NCBI GenBank assembly: GCA_021730945.1
Contig: JAKFYH010000035.1
Coordinates: 7,722 to 71,721 of the forward strand
Source: Acidobacteriota bacterium
Lineage (GTDB): Bacteria > Acidobacteriota > Vicinamibacteria > Vicinamibacterales > UBA2999
DNA: 64,000 nt
Direction of reading: 5' to 3'
This document shows positions 30,556 to 39,911 of the stretch, in pieces. Made by a program: the position numbers and the translations under genes. Position 1 is the first letter of the stretch. Each line of letters starts with the position of its first letter. A model generated the notes under the pieces. The model did no database searches, had not been told where the DNA came from, and saw only the letters and a program-made list of their open reading frames with translations.

Positions 30556-32834
30556 CGCCGCTTCTTCGCCTTGCGTTCCTGCTTGCCCAGGCGCCGGCTC
30601 TTGCGTCGCCGCCGATCTTCCGGCGTGCCCTTGCGCTGCTCCTTCTTCGGCCGGGCCGAGCTGCGCGCGGGTCCGCGACTCCGTTCGCTCTTGCGCAGCT
30701 GCTCGAGCACATCCTCGAGCCCGAGATCGATCTGCCGCCGTTCCATGTCGACCTTGATGATCTGCACCCGCACGCGATCGCCAAGGCGGTAGAGCTTCTT
30801 GCTGTTCTCGCCAAACAGCGCATGCTGGGTTTCGCGGTACCGGTAGTAGTCGTCGGCCATGGTGGTGACGTGAACCAGGCCCTCCACGTAGTGTTCAATC
30901 AACTCGACGAACATGCCAAACGGCGCGACGCCGGTGATGTAGCCGTCGAAGGCGTCGCCGACCTTGTCGGCCATGAAGCGCACCTTCTTCCACTGCAGAA
31001 TCTCGCGTTCGGCCTCGGCCGCCCGCCGCTCCATCTCGGAGGTGTGCCGGCCCACTTCGGGCAGGTCATCCTCAAGTTCGGCGCGGCGCTCCTCGGTGAC
31101 CTTGGTCTGGCGCAGCTCGCGCAGCAGCCGATGCACGACCAGGTCGGGATAGCGGCGGATCGGCGAGGTGAAGTGCGTGTAGGTCGCGGCGGCCAGCCCG
31201 AAGTGCCCCACGTTCGTGGGGTCGTAGCGCGCCTTCTGCATGGTGCGCAGCATGAGAAAGGCAATCGGCCGCTCGGCCGGATTCCCGCGAATCCTGTCCA
31301 CCAGTTTCTGGAAGTGCGCGGGCGTCACGTCGCCGCCGGTCGTGCCCAGGCTGAAGCCGAACGCGCCGACGAACTCCTCGAACTGCATCACCTTCAGCGG
31401 ATCGGGTTTCTCGTGGATGCGATAGAGCGAGGGCATGGCGTGTGACTCGAGGTGGCCGGCCACGGTTTCATTGGCCAGGAGCATGAACTCCTCGATCAGC
31501 CGGTGCGCGACGTTGCGTTCCGATGCCACGATGTTCTCGATGAAGCCGTCTTCGTCAAGCTCCACCTGCGCCTCCGGCAAGTCGAAGTCCACCGAGCCGC
31601 GGCGGCGGCGGCGGCCGTTCAGGATGGTGAACAGCTCGCGCATCAGTTCGAACATCGGCACCAGCGGCTCATAGGCCGCCATCACCCCGGGATCGCGATC
31701 GGTCAGGATGGCATTGACCGCCGTATAGGTCATGCGCGCGTCGCTGCGAATGATGCCGTCGTGAATCTCGTGACGGACGACCTCGCCCGAGGCCGTGACC
31801 TCCATCAGGCAGGACTGCACCAGGCGGTCGACATGCGGATTCAGGCTGCACAGGCCCGTCGACAGCTCCGCCGGGAACATGTGGATGGCACGCTCGGGAA
31901 AATAGACCGAGGTGCTGCGTTCGAAGGCTTCGGCGTCGAGCGCCGAGCCGTCGCGCACGTAGTGGGAAACATCGGCGATGTGCACGCCGAGCCAGTAGTG
32001 GCCGTTGGCCAGCCGCTCGATCGAGATCGCATCGTCGAAATCCCGCGCGTGCTCGCCGTCGATCGTGACCACCGTGCGATCGCGGAAGTCGGTGCGGCCG
32101 GCCCGATCCTGTTCGCGCACCGCGCCGCCGATGGCCGCCGCTTCGGCCACCGCCTCGGCGCCGTGCTCGTCGGGAATGCCGTGCTTGCGCAGGATGATCT
32201 CGGTGTCGACTCCTGGGTCGTTGATGTCGCCGAGAATCTCAGTGATGTGACCAGCGGGCCCGCGGGTCGGCGTCGGCCACCGCGTGATCGTGACCGTGAC
32301 CATCTGCCCCGCCTCGGCGTCCATCGCGTCGCCGCGCGGAATCTGCACTTCGGCCGTGAGCCGCTTGTCGAAGGGCACCACGAACGCCAGCCCGGTGGCG
32401 TCAATATCAAAGCGGCCAACAATGCTGCTGGCCGCACGCTCGAGCACCTGGACGATCTTGCCTTCGGCGCGGCCGTCCTCACGATAGCGTTCGATCCGCA
32501 CGACGACGCGATCGCCATGCAAGGCCTCCTGCAAATTGTGGGAGGCCACGAAGATGTCGCGGGTCAGGCCCTCGATCGGCCGTTCCGGCGTGACAAAGCC
32601 GATGCCAGACGAATGACCGTCGAGTTTGCCGACCACCAGATCCATGCGGTCGGGCATGCCGTAGAGCTTGCCTTTGACCAACACCAGGTCGCCGTCGTTC
32701 ACGAGGTGGCGCAACAGGCGCTTGAACGCGACGCGATCCTCGCGCGGAATCTTGAGCACGCTCAGCAGTTCGCGCGCGGTCGCCGGGTGCGGCACCAAGG
32801 CGCGCATCTGCCGGAGGAGGTCATCACGGTTCAT
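30552..32834 (-). CDS. rnr: ribonuclease R
   Basis: N-terminal HTH/cold-shock region, RNB catalytic domain (DGEHARDFDDAISI...HIADVSHYV...YFPERAIHMFP), S1 domain and a Lys/Arg-rich tail. ATGA overlap with selB. Confidence 0.95.
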   Translation of the reverse strand: MNRDDLLRQMRALVPHPATARELLSVLKIPREDRVAFKRLLRHLVNDGDLVLVKGKLYGMPDRMDLVVGKLDGHSSGIGFVTPERPIEGLTRDIFVASHNLQEALHGDRVVVRIERYREDGRAEGKIVQVLERAASSIVGRFDIDATGLAFVVPFDKRLTAEVQIPRGDAMDAEAGQMVTVTITRWPTPTRGPAGHITEILGDINDPGVDTEIILRKHGIPDEHGAEAVAEAAAIGGAVREQDRAGRTDFRDRTVVTIDGEHARDFDDAISIERLANGHYWLGVHIADVSHYVRDGSALDAEAFERSTSVYFPERAIHMFPAELSTGLCSLNPHVDRLVQSCLMEVTASGEVVRHEIHDGIIRSDARMTYTAVNAILTDRDPGVMAAYEPLVPMFELMRELFTILNGRRRRRGSVDFDLPEAQVELDEDGFIENIVASERNVAHRLIEEFMLLANETVAGHLESHAMPSLYRIHEKPDPLKVMQFEEFVGAFGFSLGTTGGDVTPAHFQKLVDRIRGNPAERPIAFLMLRTMQKARYDPTNVGHFGLAAATYTHFTSPIRRYPDLVVHRLLRELRQTKVTEERRAELEDDLPEVGRHTSEMERRAAEAEREILQWKKVRFMADKVGDAFDGYITGVAPFGMFVELIEHYVEGLVHVTTMADDYYRYRETQHALFGENSKKLYRLGDRVRVQIIKVDMERRQIDLGLEDVLEQLRKSERSRGPARSSARPKKEQRKGTPEDRRRRKSRRLGKQERKAKKRR

Positions 32835-34053
32835 GGATCACGATCACTTGCAGATCACCGACATTGGTCTGGGTGCGCCCGAGGCGGATGACGTCGTCCA
32901 GTGGAGCAAAGTAGGCGAGCGAGTCATTGGCCGCGAGGTAGTGGCCCGGCGCCTTCAGGCCCGCCAGCGCCGCCCGCGCGATGGTGCCCGAATCGACCAT
33001 GGCGCCGGCCACGCCCGACGAGCCGTCGACACCGTCCGTACCGATGCTGGCAGCGGCCATGGGGATGGCACCATCATCCGCCAACCGCTCCGCGATCGAC
33101 AGGACGAACTCGAGATTGCGGCCGCCCAGGCCGTTGCCGGTGACCCGCACCGTGGTCTCGCCACCCGACACCACACAGACCGGCCGGGCCTGGCCCGCTG
33201 CCAGCTCGCGCGCGCGCTGCAGCCACACAGGGCCGGCCACCCTGGCCTCACCCACCACCGGCTCGTCAATTGACAGCACGCTGTAGCCTAGCGCCCTCGC
33301 CGCCTCGCAGGCGCCGGCCATGGCATCGAGCCGGCCCCCAATCACGCGTGCGCTGGCACGAGCCAGCGACGGATGCCCCGGGTTCGGCGTATCGGCGACC
33401 TCGCCAGCCAGCCCGCGCTGGACTACAGATCGCACGGCCGGCAGGTGCGCCCTCCCGCCGAACCGCTCGAGCGCCGCGTCCGCATCGGACCACGTGGTGT
33501 GGTCGGCGACACCGGGACCGGAGCCAATCGCATTCAGGTCGTCGCCAACGACGTCCGACAACGCCAGCGTGATGGTGGTGCCGACGCACGAGGCTGCCAG
33601 GCGCCCGCCCTTCACGTTGGAGAGATGACGGCGCACGGTATTGAGCGCGTGAATATCGGCGCCGGCGTTCATCATCAGCCGGGTCGTCGCGATCTTGTCG
33701 GTCAGGGTGATGCCCTCGATCGGCGAGGCCATCAGCGCCGAGGCGCCGCCCGACAGCAACACCACGAGCGCCTCGCCCGAGTGGACACCCTGCGCCACCG
33801 CCAACGCCAGCCGGCCGGCCGCCTCGCTTCGGGCGTCCGGAAACGGATGGCTCGACTCGATCCACTCGATGCCGTCCGGCAGCGGCTCATCGGCATGCGT
33901 GCCGATGGCCACGGCCCGCCGGATCGCCAGGTGCGGCACCGCCACGAATGCCGCTGCCATCGCCGCGGCGGCCTTGCCAACCGCGACCACGTGCAAGGGC
34001 CGTGTGCTGAAGAGGTCGGCCAGGGAAGGGTCCGCCAACGCGCGCCCGATCAC
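32824..34053 (-). CDS. glycerate 2-kinase / hydroxypyruvate reductase family (DUF4147 + MOFRL); true start probably upstream (see finding)
   Basis: VVAVGKAAAAMA, LLSGGASAL, SGGETTV and GLGGRNLEF are typical of the family. The track ORF starts at GTG 34053, but the conserved N-terminal helix is encoded at 34054-34134. Confidence 0.85.
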   Translation of the reverse strand: MIGRALADPSLADLFSTRPLHVVAVGKAAAAMAAAFVAVPHLAIRRAVAIGTHADEPLPDGIEWIESSHPFPDARSEAAGRLALAVAQGVHSGEALVVLLSGGASALMASPIEGITLTDKIATTRLMMNAGADIHALNTVRRHLSNVKGGRLAASCVGTTITLALSDVVGDDLNAIGSGPGVADHTTWSDADAALERFGGRAHLPAVRSVVQRGLAGEVADTPNPGHPSLARASARVIGGRLDAMAGACEAARALGYSVLSIDEPVVGEARVAGPVWLQRARELAAGQARPVCVVSGGETTVRVTGNGLGGRNLEFVLSIAERLADDGAIPMAAASIGTDGVDGSSGVAGAMVDSGTIARAALAGLKAPGHYLAANDSLAYFAPLDDVIRLGRTQTNVGDLQVIVIHEP

Positions 34054-34130
34054 ACGTGAGGCACCAACCGCGTCGACACCGGCACGGACGATGGCGCGTA
34101 AGTCTTGTTTGAGAGTAGAGAGTGGAACTG

Positions 34131-34436
34131 TCAGTGGACCTTACAGGGATCGGACCAGGCCGACAGGCCGGTCACGACATCGAACTCGCGGAGTAACTGG
34201 GATACGACTTGATCGGCGTTGGCGTCCTGGGAGAGGCGATCGACTTCGGCAATGATCTTGAGGAGGGCGGCCTCGGCGCTATTGATCGCCTGGGCACTGT
34301 AGTACTCCCGCTGGGCCTGCAAGCATCGATGATGCTTCAGGAATTCCTCGCGGTAAAACTCGGAGAGCGCCGATACGGAGTGCGGGACGGCGTTATCCAT
34401 GAGAAAGCGCGGGATTCTGTTCCTCGCCCTCGACAT
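34131..34436 (-). CDS. hypothetical small helical protein (about 90-101 aa)
   Basis: ORF with strong G/C third-position bias in this frame, consistent with coding in a high-GC genome. No SD found by eye, no family recognised. Its stop overlaps a CTG in the glycerate-kinase frame. Confidence 0.45.
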   Translation of the reverse strand: MSRARNRIPRFLMDNAVPHSVSALSEFYREEFLKHHRCLQAQREYYSAQAINSAEAALLKIIAEVDRLSQDANADQVVSQLLREFDVVTGLSAWSDPCKVH

Positions 34437-34523
34437 AGTTGATGAATTTCAGTGTAGGAGGTTCGCAAGGATGTGTCAACGGGCCGACATCCAGAGACAT
34501 CCGGATTCAATTTGACCGGTTGT

Positions 34524-35411
34524 TCATCTCGCCGAACGCGACGCCACGGTTCCCGCGGCAGCGCCAACGCCGAAACCACCGCCGACCATGACCACGGCTT
34601 CGCGAAGCCCGAGGAACTGCAACTGCGCGACGCCGATAAACCCGGCCAAGTCCGGCCCCAGCCAGCGCGCGGCGGCGGTGTAGGCCAGGGCCACGACGGC
34701 CACGGCGACGATGGCGCCGGCGCCCCCGAGCAACAATCCTTCAACGATGAACGGGCCGCGGATGTAGCTGAACGGCGCCCCGACCAACTGCATGATGTCG
34801 ATCTCGCCGCGGCGCGCGTGGAGGGAGAGGCGCACGACCGCTGCCACCGTGAACCCGGCGCCAAGCATCAGCACGCCGGCGATGACGGCCGCTGCCAGCT
34901 GTGCCGTCCTGACGACGTTCGTGAGGCGCGTGAGCCAGCGGCGATCGTAGCGAACGTCGGCCACGCCGTCACGGCCGGAGAGGCCTGCCGTCAGCTCGTC
35001 GACGTCTGGCCCGCCAGCCTCCTCGGGCCGCAATCGCACTTCGAATGCCGCCGGGAATGGGTTCTGTGGCACCGCCGTCGCCACGTCCTGCAACTCGGGA
35101 AAATCCGCCTCGAATCGGGCCAGCGCCTTCTCCTTCGAGACAAACTCGACCGCCGCGACGATCGGCTGCTGGCGCAGATGGAGTTCGAGCGCCGTGCGCA
35201 CTTCGTCCGGCAGCTCATCAACGAGATACACACTGACCTCGGCGGACTCGAGCCACCGGTCCAGCACGCGTTGCACGTTGACCGACGCCATCAGGAATCC
35301 CCCGAGCGTGATGAACGCCACGGCAATGGTTCCGATCGAGACTGCGGCCGAGCGGCCGGCGCGGCGAATGCTGGTCCAGGCCTCGGCGAAGGCGTATCCC
35401 AGGGCCGTCAT
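34524..35411 (-). CDS. ftsX: cell division ABC transporter permease FtsX
   Basis: Four-TM FtsX topology with a periplasmic loop. Start trimmed to MTALGYAFAEAW (ATG 35411), an ATGA overlap with the ftsE stop. Confidence 0.88.
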   Translation of the reverse strand: MTALGYAFAEAWTSIRRAGRSAAVSIGTIAVAFITLGGFLMASVNVQRVLDRWLESAEVSVYLVDELPDEVRTALELHLRQQPIVAAVEFVSKEKALARFEADFPELQDVATAVPQNPFPAAFEVRLRPEEAGGPDVDELTAGLSGRDGVADVRYDRRWLTRLTNVVRTAQLAAAVIAGVLMLGAGFTVAAVVRLSLHARRGEIDIMQLVGAPFSYIRGPFIVEGLLLGGAGAIVAVAVVALAYTAAARWLGPDLAGFIGVAQLQFLGLREAVVMVGGGFGVGAAAGTVASRSAR

Positions 35412-36079
35412 TTCGGCGCCTCCGCCAATCCCGCGAGTTGGCCATGCTCGAGTTGCACGACCCGCCGTCCGACCCACTTGATCAACTCACGATCGTGGGT
35501 CGCCACCACGACGGTGGTGCCGCCGGCGTTGATCTCCCGGAACAGGTTCATGATCTCGAGCGACAGGTCTGGATCAAGGTTGCCGGTCGGTTCGTCGGCC
35601 AGCACGAGCTGCGGCTCGTTGACAAGCGCCCTGGCGATCGCCACCCGTTGCTGCTCACCGCCCGACAGCTCCTCGGGAAACGAATTCAATCGATGCTGCA
35701 GCCCCACCCACTTCAAGACCTGGTAGGTGCGGCGACGCTGCTGCTCGACCGCCGTGCCGAGCACTCGCAGCGCGAACGACACGTTCTCGAATACCGTCTT
35801 GGTCGGGATCAGCTTGAAGTCCTGAAAGACAAACCCGACCGTTCGCCGGTAGGCCTGCACTTCGTGCCGGCTGAGGCGGGAAAGGTTGCGGCCGGCGACA
35901 ATGACCTCACCTTCGGTCGGCGTCTCCTGGAGCAGGAGCAGTCGCAGCAGCGTGCTCTTGCCGGCGCCGCTCGGGCCGGTCAGGAAGACAAACTCGCCTT
36001 TATCGATCGTGAGGTTCAGGCCGCGCAGGGCATACAGCCCGCGGCCGTAGATTTTCCCGAGCCCCTGCGTCTCGATCAC
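35408..36079 (-). CDS. ftsE: cell division ATP-binding protein FtsE
   Basis: GPSGAGKSTLLRLL (Walker A), LSGGEQQRVAIARAL (signature) and LVLADEPTGNLD (Walker B). GTG start in a GTGA overlap. Confidence 0.95.
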   Translation of the reverse strand: MIETQGLGKIYGRGLYALRGLNLTIDKGEFVFLTGPSGAGKSTLLRLLLLQETPTEGEVIVAGRNLSRLSRHEVQAYRRTVGFVFQDFKLIPTKTVFENVSFALRVLGTAVEQQRRRTYQVLKWVGLQHRLNSFPEELSGGEQQRVAIARALVNEPQLVLADEPTGNLDPDLSLEIMNLFREINAGGTTVVVATHDRELIKWVGRRVVQLEHGQLAGLAEAPK

Positions 36080-38460
36080 GGACGGTAGTCTACTAGCTTC
36101 AGACGCAGACGGCCGAATCCGGCCGCCACTTCGACCATCAGCGGCAGCCGCCGCGGGTCGTCACTGAGCCAGATGGTCGACTGAATAGCCTGCCGGCGCT
36201 CCACCCGCGCGGTAAAACGCGGCTCGACCCGGAGCGCCGCCACCTCGGCCCCGCCGACCGTGATGGTCTCGCGAGCCGGAACCGCCACGGTCAGCGCGAG
36301 GTTGCGACCGGCCTCGTTGATGGGCATGGCGAGGGCGAAGCCCGGCGCCACCGGCAACGAGCGCAGGTACCAAAGTGCGGTGAGCGCATCCCGGGCGCTG
36401 GCGGCGAGCGGCAGGGCCATCGCCGACCCGTCATGCGCGGCGGCCGGCGAATCTCCCGACGTCACCTGCCGCCGGGCGTGATCGTAGGCATAGGCCCGGT
36501 CCACGGCACGGCGCCCCTCGCGCAGCTCGCGCTGGTGCAGGAGGGGCATCAACCGCGCGTCAGCCGCCGTGCGGAAACGATCGTGGGCCTCGAAGAAGCG
36601 CGACACCCACGGCGCGGTGTCGACAGCCACCTCAAACACCCAGGCGGGCACCTCGCCTGATCGGCTGCGATCCTTCGTCTCGGCCGCCACCACGCTCAGC
36701 GTGATGTGTCCGGCCGTCAGGTCGAGCGGACCGTTGAGCCACTGCACGTCGTACGCGGCGCGCTCCCCCACCGCGAACGGCGGCACACCCGGCGCCGGCG
36801 GTTCCGCCATCGCCACTTCGTCGAGCGCGGCTTCGCTCGCTGGCGTCCAGACCACTTCATAGATCACGCCGTCGGTCAGCCGGGCGCGTTCGCGATACGG
36901 CGACGGCGCTTCGCCGGCCTGTGGCAGGTCGCCCGGGCTGACCACGAAGCGCACTTCGAGTTCCTTCAGGGTTGCCCGTGCGTCGGCCGAGGCGGGATCG
37001 CTCAGCGCATCGACCAGCGAGGTGTAGAACGACGGCCGCTGTCCGCTGTAGCCGTTGACGATCGGCCGGCCATGTTCGAGCGACTGCACCATGAACGGGG
37101 TGTTCTCGCGGTCGAGCGTCAGCGGCAGATAGATCACGGCGCCAGGCCCCGCCTGGCCGGCGAGCCAGCGGCCCGAGGCGGTCGACGCCGGCGGCGCAGC
37201 CACCAAGGCCAGCGGCGCATTCACGTACTCCAGGCACATCAGGGCCGTCAGCATCACCACGGCCGCGCGACGCCATCGGACGTGCGCGATCCCGACCCCC
37301 GCCAGCACGCACAGACCGAGCATCATCACGACCGCAAAGCGCGCTGGTGCACGAATGGCCTGGAAGCCGAACACGTAGTCGGCCAACCACGCGTAGAGCG
37401 GCCGCACGCCGTCCGGGCCGAGCGACAGCACGAGGCCGGTCACAGCCAGCGCGGCTGCCGACACCACGAGCGGCCGCGCGTCACTTCGCCAGCCCCGCCA
37501 TAAGCCCACACCCGCCAGCGCCAGGAGTACCACGCCCGGGAACATCTGATGCTCCACATGACGGCGATCACGTTCGCCCGCTGCTGGTGCCCGGGGCGCC
37601 ATCAGGCCCGTGCGCCCGTAGATCAGGTTGTCTGGCGGCACCTGGGTGTAGCTTTGAACCGATGCCGCATGCGCCGCGGCCTCGAACAGGTTCCGGCCAA
37701 ATCCTTCCCGCTGCTGCGACTGCCAGTACGGCCACACCACCGGCGCCACCAGCACGGCGCCGGCGCCGGCGGCCAGCGCCAGCCGCGACCAGAAGCGACG
37801 GCCGCGCCACTGCCCCGAGGACCAGGCAATGGCGACCGCGCCCACCCCGAGCGCGACCGCCGTCATGACGCCGTAGTAGACCGACGAGATGGCCTGCAGC
37901 GCCGCGAGCACTGCCAGCAGTGCCGCATCGATCTTGCGCCTCGCGGCGGCCAGCCGATAGAGCGCCAGCAGCGCCAGCGGCAGGAAGTACAGGGATTGCA
38001 GTTGCAGGTGCAGGAAGTGCGCCGACCGGTACGGCCAGCACGCCCAGGCCAGGCCGGCCACAAACGCCGCCGCCGTCGATCCGGTCACGCCGCGCACCAG
38101 CGCGTGCATCGACAGGCCGCTGAGCGCGAGCGAGGCGAGCAGCAAGACGTTGTAGCACACCGCCACGCTGCCGGTGACGGCATAGAGCGGCGACAGCACC
38201 AGCGACTGCAGCAGCAGGTGATCCGAAAACGTCAGCGCACCAACGGCCGGATGAAAGATGTTGGCATCGAAGACACGGCCCGACAGGATTGCCGCCGGAT
38301 CAGCGAGCCACGCCTTCATCCCCGTACCGAGGATCCACAGGTTCAGGTAGGGGTCGCCGGCGCCCTCAAGCGCGCCGAGGTGCGACGTCAGTTTGGTCGC
38401 GAGCGGCCAGGTCAGGACCACCGCGGCGACGAGATAAACTCCCGCCGCTCGTCTCCACAT
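36076..38460 (-). CDS. large membrane protein: N-terminal polytopic (GT-C-like) domain fused to a C-terminal DUF3108-like domain
   Basis: About 12 or more TM helices in the first ~450 aa. The C-terminal ~240 aa (ERAAYDVQWLNGPLDLTAGHITLSV...DALTALWYLRSLP...STIWLSDDPRRLPLMVEV...LKLVDY) resembles DUF3108, from memory. Confidence 0.7.
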   Translation of the reverse strand: MWRRAAGVYLVAAVVLTWPLATKLTSHLGALEGAGDPYLNLWILGTGMKAWLADPAAILSGRVFDANIFHPAVGALTFSDHLLLQSLVLSPLYAVTGSVAVCYNVLLLASLALSGLSMHALVRGVTGSTAAAFVAGLAWACWPYRSAHFLHLQLQSLYFLPLALLALYRLAAARRKIDAALLAVLAALQAISSVYYGVMTAVALGVGAVAIAWSSGQWRGRRFWSRLALAAGAGAVLVAPVVWPYWQSQQREGFGRNLFEAAAHAASVQSYTQVPPDNLIYGRTGLMAPRAPAAGERDRRHVEHQMFPGVVLLALAGVGLWRGWRSDARPLVVSAAALAVTGLVLSLGPDGVRPLYAWLADYVFGFQAIRAPARFAVVMMLGLCVLAGVGIAHVRWRRAAVVMLTALMCLEYVNAPLALVAAPPASTASGRWLAGQAGPGAVIYLPLTLDRENTPFMVQSLEHGRPIVNGYSGQRPSFYTSLVDALSDPASADARATLKELEVRFVVSPGDLPQAGEAPSPYRERARLTDGVIYEVVWTPASEAALDEVAMAEPPAPGVPPFAVGERAAYDVQWLNGPLDLTAGHITLSVVAAETKDRSRSGEVPAWVFEVAVDTAPWVSRFFEAHDRFRTAADARLMPLLHQRELREGRRAVDRAYAYDHARRQVTSGDSPAAAHDGSAMALPLAASARDALTALWYLRSLPVAPGFALAMPINEAGRNLALTVAVPARETITVGGAEVAALRVEPRFTARVERRQAIQSTIWLSDDPRRLPLMVEVAAGFGRLRLKLVDYRP

Positions 38461-38463
38461 CGG

Positions 38464-39909
38464 CTACGTCCCGAGGGCCGCGCGCATCAGGTCGGTCACG
38501 AGCTTGGGGTCGCCCTTGCCGCGGGTCTCTTTCATCACCTGGCCGACCAGGAACTGGAACTTGCGGTCCTTGCCGGCCTTGATCTCGGCGACCACATCGG
38601 GATGCGCCGCCAGCACGCGCTGCACGATGGGTTCGAGGCTGGAGGTGTCGGAAATTTGCGCCAGGCCATCGGCGGCCACGATCTCAGCGGCGGCGCGGCC
38701 CGTGTCGTACATCCTGGCAAACACGTCCTTCGCCACCGTCGAACTAATCGTGCCCTGCTCGACAATGGTGATCAGTCCGGCGAGTGCGGCCGGCGTGATC
38801 GGCACCGCTTCGATCGCCACGGCGCGCTCCTTCATGTTGCGCAGCACCTCGCCCATCACCCAGTTGCTGGCCGCCTTGGCATTGCCGCAACTACGGGCGG
38901 TCTGCTCGAAGTAGTCGGCCACGCCGCGCGTCTGGGTCAAGAGCGCCGCGTCGTACTCGGGAATGCCGTACTCGGCGATCAGGCGCCGGCGGCGCGCCTC
39001 CGGCAATTCGGGCAGCGCCGCCTTGATCCGATCGCGGCGGGCCGCGTCCACCATCAGGGGCGGCAGGTCCGGCTCCGGAAAGTAGCGGTAGTCGTGCGCT
39101 TCTTCCTTGCTGCGCATCGAGTAGGTCTTGCCCTGGGCCGCGTCAAACAGCCGCGTCTCCTGGACGATGCGGCCGCCGTGATCGAGCACGTCGATGTGGC
39201 GGCCGATTTCAAACTCGATGGCCTTCTCGAGATAGCGGAACGAGTTAACGTTCTTGACCTCGGTCTTGGTACCGAGCTTTGGATCGCCCGGCCGCCGGAC
39301 CGAGACATTGGCGTCGCAGCGCAGGCTGCCTTCGTCCATGTTGCCGTCGTTGACGCCCAGCCAGACCAGAATCTGGCGCAGCGTCTCGAAGAACAGCGCC
39401 GCCTCTTCGGCCGACCGCATGTCCGGCTCGCTGACGATCTCCACCAGGGGCACGCCGCTGCGGTTGTAATCGAGGTAGGTCTTGCGATCCGAGTCGGCGA
39501 AACCCTCGTGCAGCGACTTGCCGGCATCCTCTTCCATGTGAATGCGGGTCAGCTTCACGAACCGCCCGCCTACTGAGGCAGGCATCTGCAAGCCGCCACC
39601 GAGCGCCAGCGGCAGCTCAAACTGCGAGATCTGATAGCCCTTGGGCAAGTCCGGATAGAAGTAGTTCTTGCGGGCGAAGACCGATCGCTCCTGGACCTCG
39701 CAGCCGAGCGCCAGCGCCGCCGTCACCGCCAGGTCGACCGCCCGGCGGTTGAGCACCGGCAGTGCGCCTGGCAGCCCGACGCACACCGGGCAGGCATGCG
39801 CGTTGGGCGGCGCGCCAAAAGCCGTCGAACACCCGCAGAAGATCTTCGTGGCCGTCAGGAGCTGGGCATGGATCTCCAGCCCGATGACGGCCTCAAAGGT
39901 GTCAGACAC
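38464..39909 (-). CDS. gatB: Asp-tRNA(Asn)/Glu-tRNA(Gln) amidotransferase subunit B
   Basis: FEAVIGLEIHAQL...CGCS...CPVCVGLPGALPVLN and the C-terminal YqeY-like GatB domain. Confidence 0.96.
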   Translation of the reverse strand: MSDTFEAVIGLEIHAQLLTATKIFCGCSTAFGAPPNAHACPVCVGLPGALPVLNRRAVDLAVTAALALGCEVQERSVFARKNYFYPDLPKGYQISQFELPLALGGGLQMPASVGGRFVKLTRIHMEEDAGKSLHEGFADSDRKTYLDYNRSGVPLVEIVSEPDMRSAEEAALFFETLRQILVWLGVNDGNMDEGSLRCDANVSVRRPGDPKLGTKTEVKNVNSFRYLEKAIEFEIGRHIDVLDHGGRIVQETRLFDAAQGKTYSMRSKEEAHDYRYFPEPDLPPLMVDAARRDRIKAALPELPEARRRRLIAEYGIPEYDAALLTQTRGVADYFEQTARSCGNAKAASNWVMGEVLRNMKERAVAIEAVPITPAALAGLITIVEQGTISSTVAKDVFARMYDTGRAAAEIVAADGLAQISDTSSLEPIVQRVLAAHPDVVAEIKAGKDRKFQFLVGQVMKETRGKGDPKLVTDLMRAALGT

Positions 39910-39911
39910 TC

